A stretch of DNA of 64,000 bases from Candidatus Falkowbacteria bacterium (lineage in GTDB: Bacteria; Patescibacteriota; Patescibacteriia; Patescibacteriales; UBA12465): positions 340,113 through 404,112 of the forward strand of contig JBAXPN010000001.1 of the NCBI GenBank assembly GCA_037132255.1. The letters run 5' to 3'. Shown one piece after another: positions 51,798-60,011 of this stretch. Both the position numbers and the translations under genes were made by a program. Position 1 is the first letter of the stretch. Every line of letters begins with the position of its first letter. Under the pieces are notes generated by a model that was not told the origin of the DNA, did no database searches, and saw nothing but the letters and a program-made list of their open reading frames with translations.

Positions 51798-52919
51798 TTA
51801 TTTTTGTGCTAAATGTTTTGGGTGATCCATTTTTTCCTCTTTTTTTATTTCGTCGCAACCCTTGCTTTCAAGATCATCACAAAATTCAAGTTCATAAATA
51901 TGAAATATAGTAACTGCTAAAGCAACTACTAATGGACCAACGAATACACCCCAGAAACCGAGTAAAGCGATGCCCCCCAAGATTGAAAAGAAAACAAAAA
52001 TTGGATTAATTTCCGCTTTATCTTTAATCATATAAGCGCGAACCACATTATCAGTTAAACCAATCACGACTGCACCCCAAACAAGAACGAAAACTCCCTG
52101 CCAAATGTCACCAATCAACAAATAATATATACCAACCGGAACATAGAAAATCATTGAGCCAACGTAAGGAAGAAGCGACAAAAGTGAAACAAGAACGAAG
52201 GCAAGAAAAATTGGAAAACCAACGAGGGCAAAACCGAGTGCCCCAACTACTCCCTGTGCAAAAGCCGCAACAAAGGTTGAAACAAGTGTTGTGTAACTAA
52301 CAATGCTGAATTTCTTAAATATTTCTTGATCGTACTTATTAGGCAGAGGGGAAAGATACATTAAGCGTTGAAGCATCTTTTTACCATCAACAAAGAAAAA
52401 GAACATTGTTAAGATTATAAGTAATATCGAAAAAATAAAACTTGAGGTCTCCTTAACAATAGAAGTGGCTCCAGACAAAAGCCAAGAGCTTGAATCTTTT
52501 ACGGCTGATAGCATTGTGCTCTGGAAAGCTTTATCCTGAAAATTATATTTATCTAAGTGAAAATAGCGCAGTGGACTCTCGGCGACAATCTCATTCTTAA
52601 AAACATCATTTAAACTATGATCATCAAAAAAAGCAACAGTTTCATCATAAGTTCCAACTGATTTTTCCGCTCCGTAAATAATTAAACGCACTGAAGGTAA
52701 AATAATAAGTAGCACCAATAATAAGCACATCAAAAGAGCGGCTATATTCTGCCGTCCTTTGAATAGTTTAGTTAGTGCAGTAAATGGCTTATAGAATATA
52801 GTTGCCAAAACAGCCGCCATTAATATTTCCGTCAAAAAAGGCCTAAACACCAAGTAACAGCCGATGATGACCAGGAAGACCAGAATCAGCAAAAAGGGCT
52901 TGGTTAAACTTTTAGGCAT
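51798..52919 (-). CDS. AI-2E family transporter (PerM-like permease)
   Basis: 373-aa track ORF, polytopic. The conserved C-terminal part LSLLPYVGSMIFYVPVGIYYLL...LTDNVVRAYMI fits the AI-2E/UPF0118 family. Confidence 0.8.
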   Translation of the reverse strand: MPKSLTKPFLLILVFLVIIGCYLVFRPFLTEILMAAVLATIFYKPFTALTKLFKGRQNIAALLMCLLLVLLIILPSVRLIIYGAEKSVGTYDETVAFFDDHSLNDVFKNEIVAESPLRYFHLDKYNFQDKAFQSTMLSAVKDSSSWLLSGATSIVKETSSFIFSILLIILTMFFFFVDGKKMLQRLMYLSPLPNKYDQEIFKKFSIVSYTTLVSTFVAAFAQGVVGALGFALVGFPIFLAFVLVSLLSLLPYVGSMIFYVPVGIYYLLIGDIWQGVFVLVWGAVVIGLTDNVVRAYMIKDKAEINPIFVFFSILGGIALLGFWGVFVGPLVVALAVTIFHIYELEFCDDLESKGCDEIKKEEKMDHPKHLAQK

Positions 52920-52925
52920 AAAATC

Positions 52926-53081
52926 TTATTTAGTTTCTTTATGTAAAGTATGCGCTTTGCATTTATTGCAATACTTTTTCATTTCTAAACGTTCTTTTAA
53001 GAGTTTTTTGTTCTTATGAGAATGATAGTTTGTTGTCTTACAAACAGTACATTCTAGTTTCATCATGTTGTCTTGAGACAT
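52926..53081 (-). CDS. rpmG: 50S ribosomal protein L33 (zinc-ribbon form)
   Basis: Not in the track (<60 aa). Translation [51 protein letters not shown] with CxxC...CxxC and the L33 pattern (N...K.....LE..KYC..C..HT.HKE.K). Its stop is 6 nt before the permease ATG. Confidence 0.85.
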   Translation of the reverse strand: MSQDNMMKLECTVCKTTNYHSHKNKKLLKERLEMKKYCNKCKAHTLHKETK

Positions 53082-53183
53082 AGATTTCTTAAAAATTAAT
53101 TATACATACACAATATAAAAAAATGGGCTAAAAGTCAACCATCGAGTGGAAGTGGCCATGTCTGATTTCTTGCTAAATTTCGC

Positions 53184-54059
53184 TTATTTTTGGCAATTAG
53201 GACAATAATGGGTCCCCCTTCCGGCAAGTTTAACTTTAGAAATCGGCAAACCGCAAACCACACATTTACTCTTTGCGCGACCATATACCTTTAATAAACT
53301 AGAAAAATTACCTTTTTTCCCTTTAGAATCAACATAATTATTAAAAGTTGTTCCGCGATTTGATATTGCTAATTTTATTATTTTATCCGTTTCTTTAGCT
53401 AGTTTAAGGGATTCAACAATCTTTATCGTATTCGCCGGGCGATACGGACTTATCCCGGCAGAAAATAGCGCCTCATCAACATAAATATTACCAAGACCGG
53501 CAATTAAGCGTTGATTTAGAAGAACTGCTTTAATATTAGTTTTCCGTGATTTAAAGATATTTTGGAGAGCACTAGCTGTGAATTCTTTCGTTAGCGGTTC
53601 TGGACCATAATTATTTTTTAGAATTTGCAAAAACTCAGACTCTTTAACTAACTTCAAATAACCAAATTTTCTTAAATCATTAAAAAATAATTTTTCGTGT
53701 CCCTGAAACTCAAATATTGCGCGCGTATGTTTATTGGGTAATTTACCACCAACCGATTTTTCATATGAGCCCTCACTTAGACTATGTCCGCCGACTATTT
53801 TATTCTTCCCGGCCTCGTAAATTAATTGCCCCGTCATTTTTAAATGGACTAACAAAAAATATCCGTTGGCGAAAGAAAAAGCTAATAGCTTCCCTCTTCT
53901 TTGGATAGCAACGAGCTTCTGCCCGACAAGCGTTTTTTTAAAAAAAGCCGCGGAATGCGAGGCGGTTTTTACTGACAAGATATCAAGCGTAATTATCTTT
54001 TTACCGATAAGTACAGCAAGGTCTCGCCTAATGGTTTCGACTTCTGGTAATTCTGGCAT
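53184..54059 (-). CDS. mutM: formamidopyrimidine-DNA glycosylase
   Basis: 291-aa track ORF. N-terminal MPELPEVET, H2TH region, C-terminal zinc finger CVVCG...CPNCQ. Confidence 0.9.
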   Translation of the reverse strand: MPELPEVETIRRDLAVLIGKKIITLDILSVKTASHSAAFFKKTLVGQKLVAIQRRGKLLAFSFANGYFLLVHLKMTGQLIYEAGKNKIVGGHSLSEGSYEKSVGGKLPNKHTRAIFEFQGHEKLFFNDLRKFGYLKLVKESEFLQILKNNYGPEPLTKEFTASALQNIFKSRKTNIKAVLLNQRLIAGLGNIYVDEALFSAGISPYRPANTIKIVESLKLAKETDKIIKLAISNRGTTFNNYVDSKGKKGNFSSLLKVYGRAKSKCVVCGLPISKVKLAGRGTHYCPNCQK

Positions 54060-54062
54060 ATT

Positions 54063-54167
54063 TTAGAATGCTAATAGAACGGTAATAACTATAGCTAATG
54101 CTAAAAATAGAACCACAAATAACTTCAATAAACCTAAGCCTAATTTGTCTGAATTAAATATAGCCAT
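54063..54167 (-). CDS. possible 34-aa hydrophobic peptide
   Basis: Not in the track. ATG is the complement of 54165-54167; translation MAIFNSDKLGLGLLKLFVVLFLALAIVITVLLAF. Its stop is 3 nt before the fpg ATG. No SD, so it could be chance in AT-rich DNA. Confidence 0.25.
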   Translation of the reverse strand: MAIFNSDKLGLGLLKLFVVLFLALAIVITVLLAF

Positions 54168-54220
54168 AATCTTTTTTATATTATAATTTTATCATTTTTT
54201 GCGCAAAGAAACAAGAAAGA

Positions 54221-54246
54221 AAAAACCAGGATAAATATCCTGGTTC
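54221..54246 (-). terminator. rho-independent terminator after tRNA-Tyr
   Basis: AACCAGGA (54224-54231) / TCCTGGTT (54238-54245). On the minus strand it is followed by TTTTTCTTTC. Confidence 0.65.
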
Positions 54247-54254
54247 TCTAATTG

Positions 54255-54337
54255 TGGGCCGAGTTGGATTCGAACCAACGAAGGCGTAAGCCAGCAGATT
54301 TACAGTCTGCCCCAGTTGACCGCTTTGGTATCGACCC
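54255..54337 (-). tRNA. tRNA-Tyr (anticodon GTA)
   Basis: Hand-folded, 83 nt. Acceptor GGGTCGA/TCGGCCC, anticodon arm GCAGA-CTGTAAA-TCTGC, long variable arm, T-arm GTTGG-TTCGAAT-CCAAC, discriminator A. Confidence 0.9.
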
Positions 54338-54362
54338 TTATTTTCCGAATAATCCTTGTCTT

Positions 54363-54391
54363 ATAATAAAAAAAATATCAACGCTTGTCAA
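54363..54391 (-). promoter_or_regulatory. promoter candidate for tRNA-Tyr
   Basis: On the minus strand: TTGACA (54391-54386), 17-nt spacer, TATTAT (54368-54363), about 25 nt upstream of the tRNA 5' end. Confidence 0.55.
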
Positions 54392-54437
54392 ACCGAATCA
54401 GGAAAAGACCGGTATTCGTTAATATTTTTTGATTTTT

Positions 54438-55004
54438 CTATTTTATATTAAGTATTAAGAAGCGAACTAAACCGTACGACGCAAAGATAACAACAAGCCC
54501 AATCGCAGACCAAACAATAATATCTTTTCCCTTCTTAACTTTATCAGCGCTGCCAGCCGAAGTCATCCAAGTTAAACCTCCGAATATGAACATTAAAAGT
54601 GCGAGCGATCCAACTACTCCCAAAACAGAATTGATTATGTTACCAATTAATATTTGAGGGGTAGTAACGCTGCCGAGGGGATTATCGAGTTTAATAGGCG
54701 TATTACTGTTAGTATCATCCCCGGAACCGGTGGTTCCGTCCGTGTTATCGCCTGACCCCCAGTTTGGCGTAACCCAAGAACAAGCCGGCGCTACACACGT
54801 CGCTAGAGCCTTCCCAACACAAGTCGGACTTGTTACACACTTCAGACTATTACTATCATAGGTGCAACCAGGAACATTAATACAAGCAAATGGCGTGTTA
54901 CTATTACAAATGCCACCATCTATACATTCCGCCTTAGAAATAGAGGGTATTAAAAATAATAAACTAAAAAATAAAATAAAGAATAATTTTCTAGCACTTT
55001 TCAT
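54438..55004 (-). CDS. secreted Cys-rich protein with a C-terminal T4SS-pilin-like (TrbC/VirB2-type) two-TM module
   Basis: 188-aa track ORF. Signal peptide (LFFILFFSLLFLIPSISKA), a ~60-aa segment with 12 Cys, and a Gly/Asp/Thr linker. Then ILIGNIINSVLGVVGSLALLMFIFGGLTWMTSAGSADKVKKGKDIIVWSAIGLVVIFASYGLVRF, which matches my recollection of the Patescibacteria T4SS_pilin family. Confidence 0.65.
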   Translation of the reverse strand: MKSARKLFFILFFSLLFLIPSISKAECIDGGICNSNTPFACINVPGCTYDSNSLKCVTSPTCVGKALATCVAPACSWVTPNWGSGDNTDGTTGSGDDTNSNTPIKLDNPLGSVTTPQILIGNIINSVLGVVGSLALLMFIFGGLTWMTSAGSADKVKKGKDIIVWSAIGLVVIFASYGLVRFLILNIK

Positions 55005-55095
55005 AATTTTTTTTCTACAAAGCGTTAATTATATAAATAGATAAATGGACTTAAAACCTTATTATATCTACTTTTATTATATCATTTATAAATAA

Positions 55096-55125
55096 AATAA
55101 AAAAGGGGATGAAATTCATCCCCTA
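55096..55125 (-). terminator. strong rho-independent terminator between the 403-aa gene and the pilin-like gene
   Basis: 9-bp GC-rich stem AGGGGATGA (55104-55112) / TCATCCCCT (55116-55124). On the minus strand it is followed by TTTTTTATTTTATTT. Confidence 0.75.
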
Positions 55126-55144
55126 AAACTTAGCGTGCTCTGTT

Positions 55145-56356
55145 CTACAAATAATTAGTTGTGATTGTCACAACTTGTTTACTCAAAGCTTTGAGTGAGT
55201 AATAACAATGCCTTTTCATCGGGATAACCTTATCTGGCCCCCCTTCGAATGGTTCGCTACCATCGCTAAAATATACGATAAAATCGTTCTTTGGCGAAGA
55301 TATTTTATAATTATACTTCTTACCATCTTGAAAACCGAACCATGATGTCTTTTCTCCTGGTTGAAGTAGGACGCTTAAGGTTCCCTCTTCTAAAATAGGA
55401 GGCAAAGTTGTGGCAAATCCAGAATCTTCTGATTCATCAGCAGCGATTTCAAGACTTTTGTCGATATTATTTCTTGCTCCAATCTCAATCAAATCAGCTT
55501 CCACCCAAATCTTTTTTCCAGTTACATAAGAACCATTCCTATTAGGAAGCTTAATTTCGATAAAGCTTTGTCCATCGTATAAATAATTCTTACGTTTATG
55601 GTTTACGACCAGGAACAAGGAATCTTTCTTAAGCAAAACAGGCAAATCAGAAATTTCTGAAATTGTATCATTGCGAAGCGTAACTTTATAAGCAACCTCT
55701 ATATCTTTTAGGAGATAGCCATAAGTTGCTTTAGCGTCTGCTTCGGTGATAATACTATTGCGATCGGTTTTAGCAAAAAAGTTATCTGCATGTGCGGTCA
55801 TAAATCGCGTTGTTGCCCGATAAGAATCTGGGGCAACGTATTTCCAACCGACCCAAGCGAGCATTAAGAGCACAATTATCGGTGCGATTCGATTTAAAAA
55901 ATCGAATTTAGAACTTAATCCAGCATAAAAGCCAAAGAGTAATATTGCTCCCAAAGCTACAATCGGCTTTGACGTAAAGTCAGGAAAAACAATCCCAACA
56001 AAACCTACGAAGCAAAACCAAGCTGCAATTGCTCTGACACTTTCTGGGAATGTTTCCTCGGTTACACGGAATATTCTTAAAATTATTCCAGCCGGTAACC
56101 ATATCAGGTAAACGAGGCCAGCGGCAAGACCAAAGGCGATTCCTTTATAAATTGCTGAAGGTATAAATAATCCTGTTATAACCAATATGGCGATAAGGAT
56201 TAATACGACTAAGACAGCGATTGAATAGCGCCTTACGAAATCTGCGGCGATTGCAAACAAGTTTGCAAGCAGATTAAGCACGAACGTACGGAACGCCGGC
56301 CAAAAGATAAATAGAGCCACAGCTACTATTATTCCAACTATAAGTATGATTTGCAT
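55145..56356 (-). CDS. polytopic membrane protein with a C-terminal soluble beta-rich domain, unknown function
   Basis: 403-aa track ORF. About 6 TM segments in the first 190 aa, then a ~210-aa non-membrane domain. Strong SD (GGAGG) 7 nt upstream. Confidence 0.7.
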   Translation of the reverse strand: MQIILIVGIIVAVALFIFWPAFRTFVLNLLANLFAIAADFVRRYSIAVLVVLILIAILVITGLFIPSAIYKGIAFGLAAGLVYLIWLPAGIILRIFRVTEETFPESVRAIAAWFCFVGFVGIVFPDFTSKPIVALGAILLFGFYAGLSSKFDFLNRIAPIIVLLMLAWVGWKYVAPDSYRATTRFMTAHADNFFAKTDRNSIITEADAKATYGYLLKDIEVAYKVTLRNDTISEISDLPVLLKKDSLFLVVNHKRKNYLYDGQSFIEIKLPNRNGSYVTGKKIWVEADLIEIGARNNIDKSLEIAADESEDSGFATTLPPILEEGTLSVLLQPGEKTSWFGFQDGKKYNYKISSPKNDFIVYFSDGSEPFEGGPDKVIPMKRHCYYSLKALSKQVVTITTNYL

Positions 56357-56385
56357 TTTTTCCTCCGTTTCTTTTTTGTGTGAAT

Positions 56386-57069
56386 TTATCGATTAGCATT
56401 TTTTTGTCTGATTTTATTTGCCCAGCGGTCAAAAATATTTTCACTGGCCATGCGAGTTTCTAAATCAGACTTTAGTAATGAGGTTCCATTTTTCATGTCA
56501 TCAAGAGCCTGTTTGATTTTTGGGCTGTCAGCAATTGAATTAAATCCGGCGGCAATTTTACCTACTGTCTCTTTAATTCTTTTGTCTGAAGTGTCGAGAG
56601 CATTTGAAGCCTGAAAAAATTGCTTCATTTGATTATCATCCATTAATGAAAGTATCCTGATAATCTCAGCGCCTCTTACATTGGCGGCCAGCGTGGTCCT
56701 TTTAGTTAATTTTTTTCCGTCTTTATCGTACTTCTCGACTCCGCCTTCGATAATTGGAGCATCAACTATTACCTCCTGCTCACTCTGACCTATAATTTCG
56801 ACTATCCGCCTTCTTTCATTCGGCTCATAACTGTTTATAACGTTCATGACCCTATGAGCATCGGCCGCCGAAACATTTAAGTAAGAAATCGCATGAGCAC
56901 AAGCTCCTTGAAAAAGAGTCTCATCGTGAACACCGCGTCCACCTGTGTGTGCTTTCAGAAAATCTTCACCACCTTTCATAAGTGGCTCTTTAAATAAATC
57001 AAAGGCTTTAAGAACAAGCCCTTCTACGCCTCCTGCGAAGATGGCGTTTCTTATTGTGTTTACGTTCAT
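56386..57069 (-). CDS. hypothetical soluble protein
   Basis: 227-aa track ORF, first gene behind a consensus promoter. No TM and no motif I recognise. Confidence 0.65.
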   Translation of the reverse strand: MNVNTIRNAIFAGGVEGLVLKAFDLFKEPLMKGGEDFLKAHTGGRGVHDETLFQGACAHAISYLNVSAADAHRVMNVINSYEPNERRRIVEIIGQSEQEVIVDAPIIEGGVEKYDKDGKKLTKRTTLAANVRGAEIIRILSLMDDNQMKQFFQASNALDTSDKRIKETVGKIAAGFNSIADSPKIKQALDDMKNGTSLLKSDLETRMASENIFDRWANKIRQKNANR

Positions 57070-57150
57070 GGCTTTATGGTTTTTTTTAGTTAATATTCAA
57101 TTGTCAAAGAGCCTCTTTTGCCATAGCAACCGGTTCTCATTGTTTAAACA

Positions 57151-57179
57151 ATTATATCACTTTTTATAATATTTGTCAA
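57151..57179 (-). promoter_or_regulatory. consensus sigma-70 promoter of the 227-aa/403-aa operon
   Basis: On the minus strand: TTGACA (57179-57174), exactly 17 nt, TATAAT (57156-57151). Both hexamers are perfect. Confidence 0.65.
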
Positions 57180-57275
57180 TAGATAGCCATTTGGCCCATA
57201 GCTTGACATTTTTGTCTAAATATAATACAGTTAAGTCCACAAATTCATTAACAATATAAATATAACCCCGTAATA

Positions 57276-57737
57276 ATGGCAACAAAGAAAAACAATGAAT
57301 TACGCATCGTGTTCTGGCATAATGACTTCCCCGACGGAAGCCGCCATCACCCTCATTTCGGCGTAAACGGGCCGATCTTTAAGCAAATTGATAAGATAAC
57401 TCATCGGGATACTATCCTCAAATGGCGTTTCCATGGGGGCTATATCCACCCCGGAAGAGTTGAGCTAATAAGACGCCTTGAGAAAGCTGACGTTCTTTTC
57501 GCCGCCTGTGCGCGAAATATGGACATGGAGGATGTCGAAATGCATTGGGATAGAGCAGAAAATTCCCTCCTGGAAATATTACAGGAAGTAATAACAAAAA
57601 ATCCAAAATTAAAAATCTTCTTTCTGCAGGAACCCTATCACTTAACCGACGAATTTGGTTCAATTGGCGAGTTCGCGACGGACGTTCATGATGAAGTTAT
57701 ATATAAATATTTCAATCATCGCCGGCCAGCCAACTAA
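57276..57737 (+). CDS. hypothetical protein (visibly G+C-richer than its surroundings)
   Basis: 153-aa track ORF followed by a terminator. The alternating strand/helix pattern (LRIVFWHND, ADVLFAAC, KIFFLQEP) suggests a small alpha/beta fold. No motif recognised. Confidence 0.6.
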   Translation: MATKKNNELRIVFWHNDFPDGSRHHPHFGVNGPIFKQIDKITHRDTILKWRFHGGYIHPGRVELIRRLEKADVLFAACARNMDMEDVEMHWDRAENSLLEILQEVITKNPKLKIFFLQEPYHLTDEFGSIGEFATDVHDEVIYKYFNHRRPAN

Positions 57738-57752
57738 AATTAACATCATTCA

Positions 57753-57783
57753 CAAAAACCGCCCCACAAAGGCGGTCTTTTTA
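57753..57783. terminator. bidirectional terminator (57276-57737 / dedA convergent)
   Basis: ACCGCC (57758-57763) / GGCGGT (57771-57776), A-run before and T-run after. Confidence 0.65.
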
Positions 57784-57810
57784 TTAGCAGCAATAAATTC
57801 GCTCGAGAGA

Positions 57811-58422
57811 CTAAAGCTCTGACTTAGAAATTTTTTTTGTGATGAGGCTCATAATTTTGATATACGCTAAATACGCTAAACCTAAGAATACAAATAATCC
57901 GATAGCAATATACTGCCCTTGAGAAATAATTCTATTTAATTGTAAGTACGCATGGCCCGAGAAATACCCGAGCAAAACGAAGAAAAATGACTTAGGTACT
58001 GATATCGCAAGCGCCGGCCAAAAAAATTTCTTCATTTTTGGACGCGTTGCTCCGATTGTAATTAATCCAATCGGGCCAATTATTGGAGAAAGCTTAACAA
58101 GAAGTAAGGCGCGAACTAAACTTGAGTGAACTAGTATTTTCATTTTCTCAATCCTTTCTTCACTCAAGCCGAGACGCTTAAAAATTGGCAGACGAATCAA
58201 ATTTTGGCTATAGTAACCAATTCCAAAATACATAACATCTCCCGCGATATCGGCGAGTAGCGCCAAAAATAAAATTAAATATATATTAAAAAAACCGAGA
58301 GCGGCAACGACGCCAGAGGCAATTGTTGTGAGTGGCCCTTCGATAATTGCGGCTACTAAAAAAATAAGATAACCATGAGCAATCAACCAAGGAACGAGGG
58401 CGGCTAAATCATGAGAGTTCAT
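57811..58422 (-). CDS. DedA/SNARE-associated family membrane protein
   Basis: 203-aa track ORF. HGYLIFLVAAIIEGPLTTIASG and a re-entrant-helix-type pattern typical of DedA. Its ATG overlaps the stop of the deacetylase gene (ATGA, 58419-58422). Confidence 0.8.
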   Translation of the reverse strand: MNSHDLAALVPWLIAHGYLIFLVAAIIEGPLTTIASGVVAALGFFNIYLILFLALLADIAGDVMYFGIGYYSQNLIRLPIFKRLGLSEERIEKMKILVHSSLVRALLLVKLSPIIGPIGLITIGATRPKMKKFFWPALAISVPKSFFFVLLGYFSGHAYLQLNRIISQGQYIAIGLFVFLGLAYLAYIKIMSLITKKISKSEL

Positions 58423-59144
58423 ATATTTTGATAAGCAGCTACTCCTAATAACTGATCAACGGTTAAAAATGTATATCCAGCTTTTTTGAGCTCTGGAATA
58501 ATTATATCAATTGCGCCGACTGATCCAGCACGATATCCGCCTATAGTATCGAAGCCATCATGGATAATAATAATTCTTCCTGGGGCAATTATTTTCATCG
58601 CGTCCGAGGCGATTTTTTCAGCGGGCGCGCGCCAGCCTTCCCAGCTCGAAGCAAACCAACCCGAAACGGGGACTAGCTTATGCTTTTTTAAATTACTAAG
58701 TAACCAGGGCTGTCGAAAGCGCCACGGCGGACGATATAAAACTGGCTGCTTCCCGGTTATAGACTCAATAATTTTTTGTGCCTCCATTATTTCCGACTCA
58801 AAGAATAAACTTTTAAAATTATTTGAAAATTTATGACTATAGGAATGGTTACCGATAATATGACCGGCGGCACTAATCGCTCGAGCTAATTCAGGAAATT
58901 TTTCTACATTTTTAGCGGGCATAAAAAAGGTCGCCTTAACATCATACTTCGCTAAAATATTTAATAACTCTTCGGTGTATGGCGGATTAGGCCCGTCATC
59001 AAACGTTAAGGCAATAACTTTTTTGTCTGTTTTAATATCATAAGGGAAATAACCAAAGACCTGAGTCTTTGACCAAACTGTAAAATAATATATTAAGACA
59101 ATAATTACAATCAGTGCTATTAAAATTGCTAATAAAATTTCCAT
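58419..59144 (-). CDS. polysaccharide deacetylase (NodB homology domain) with an N-terminal TM anchor
   Basis: 241-aa track ORF. TFDDGP (motif 1) and GNHSYSH (motif 2). Confidence 0.85.
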   Translation of the reverse strand: MEILLAILIALIVIIVLIYYFTVWSKTQVFGYFPYDIKTDKKVIALTFDDGPNPPYTEELLNILAKYDVKATFFMPAKNVEKFPELARAISAAGHIIGNHSYSHKFSNNFKSLFFESEIMEAQKIIESITGKQPVLYRPPWRFRQPWLLSNLKKHKLVPVSGWFASSWEGWRAPAEKIASDAMKIIAPGRIIIIHDGFDTIGGYRAGSVGAIDIIIPELKKAGYTFLTVDQLLGVAAYQNI

Positions 59145-59150
59145 AATAAA

Positions 59151-59915
59151 TTAGACTGATATTTTATCCTCTTCCCCTTCTTTATTATCTTTACGAATTC
59201 TCGGAAAAGGCGTAACAATACTTCGGCCAGTAAGTCTTCGATAGCTTAAATCAAAAATATAATAAAATATTAAAATAACAAAAATATTATACAGTAAACC
59301 TTTTTCTAAACGTCTAGCCGAAGTTAAAACGAAGTTTTTTCTTAAAAAAATTATTTTTCCTTCTTTTTTTAAATCTTTAAGCAAGGCAACTTCGTCTCCT
59401 CCTTGATCAAGAGTCGTGTCATAACCATGCCAAGCCTTTCTCATAAAAGCTGTATTCGCGCCCGGGATATATATCAAACGCCCGGTAAGCGAATGCACTA
59501 AATCAGTAATTCCGAAAAGCAAACCGGTAAAAGGCTTGCCCCACCATGGTCCATCAAAAAATCTGAAGGAACCGATTACTGCTATTGCCTCCGGATTTTT
59601 AGAAAATGTTTCCATAATACAGCTCAGCCAATGCGGAGTGAAGGTTGTATCGGCGTCAGTTTGGATAATAACGTCTCCTTTTGCCATACTCGTTCCCGCT
59701 TGGCGAGCAAAAATAACGCCAGGCCTCTCCTCAAAGACAACACTTGCGCCCTCATTTCTCGCAAGCTCAGCTGTATTATCAGAGCTATTATTATCGACGA
59801 CAATAATTTCGATTGGCCCCTCATAGTCTTGTTTTTTTATTGAACGCAAACAAGCTTCAATATTTTTCCCCTCATTATAAGCAGGTATAACGACGGAGAT
59901 AAGATTATTAGTCAT
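59151..59915 (-). CDS. glycosyltransferase family 2 (polyprenol-phosphate glycosyltransferase-like)
   Basis: Track ORF 59151-59921 starts at TTG; ATG 59915 gives MTNNLISVVIPAYNEG. DxD in QTDADTTF. A single C-terminal hydrophobic segment (LLYNIFVILIFYYIF), as in GtrB/ArnC-type enzymes. Confidence 0.8.
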   Translation of the reverse strand: MTNNLISVVIPAYNEGKNIEACLRSIKKQDYEGPIEIIVVDNNSSDNTAELARNEGASVVFEERPGVIFARQAGTSMAKGDVIIQTDADTTFTPHWLSCIMETFSKNPEAIAVIGSFRFFDGPWWGKPFTGLLFGITDLVHSLTGRLIYIPGANTAFMRKAWHGYDTTLDQGGDEVALLKDLKKEGKIIFLRKNFVLTSARRLEKGLLYNIFVILIFYYIFDLSYRRLTGRSIVTPFPRIRKDNKEGEEDKISV

Positions 59916-59995
59916 AATCAAAAATTTATTATTTTATACTAACTATAAATAGTATATATCCATTTTAGGCATAATAACAACTAATTATGAATTTA

Positions 59996-60004
59996 TGATA
60001 TAAT
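59996..60004 (+). promoter_or_regulatory. extended -10 promoter (TGaTATAAT)
   Basis: TGATATAAT at 59996-60004, with 7 nt to ATG 60012 (leaderless candidate). Confidence 0.45.
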
Positions 60005-60011
60005 TATCTAT

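Noticed and set aside
57203-57226. TTGACA and TATAAT hexamers upstream of the 57276 gene (the same situation occurs at about 23524-23547 upstream of 23604)
   Set aside because: The two perfect hexamers are only 12 nt apart, too short for a sigma-70 promoter (16-19 nt). The TATAAT alone may still function, but I do not call a -35/-10 promoter here.
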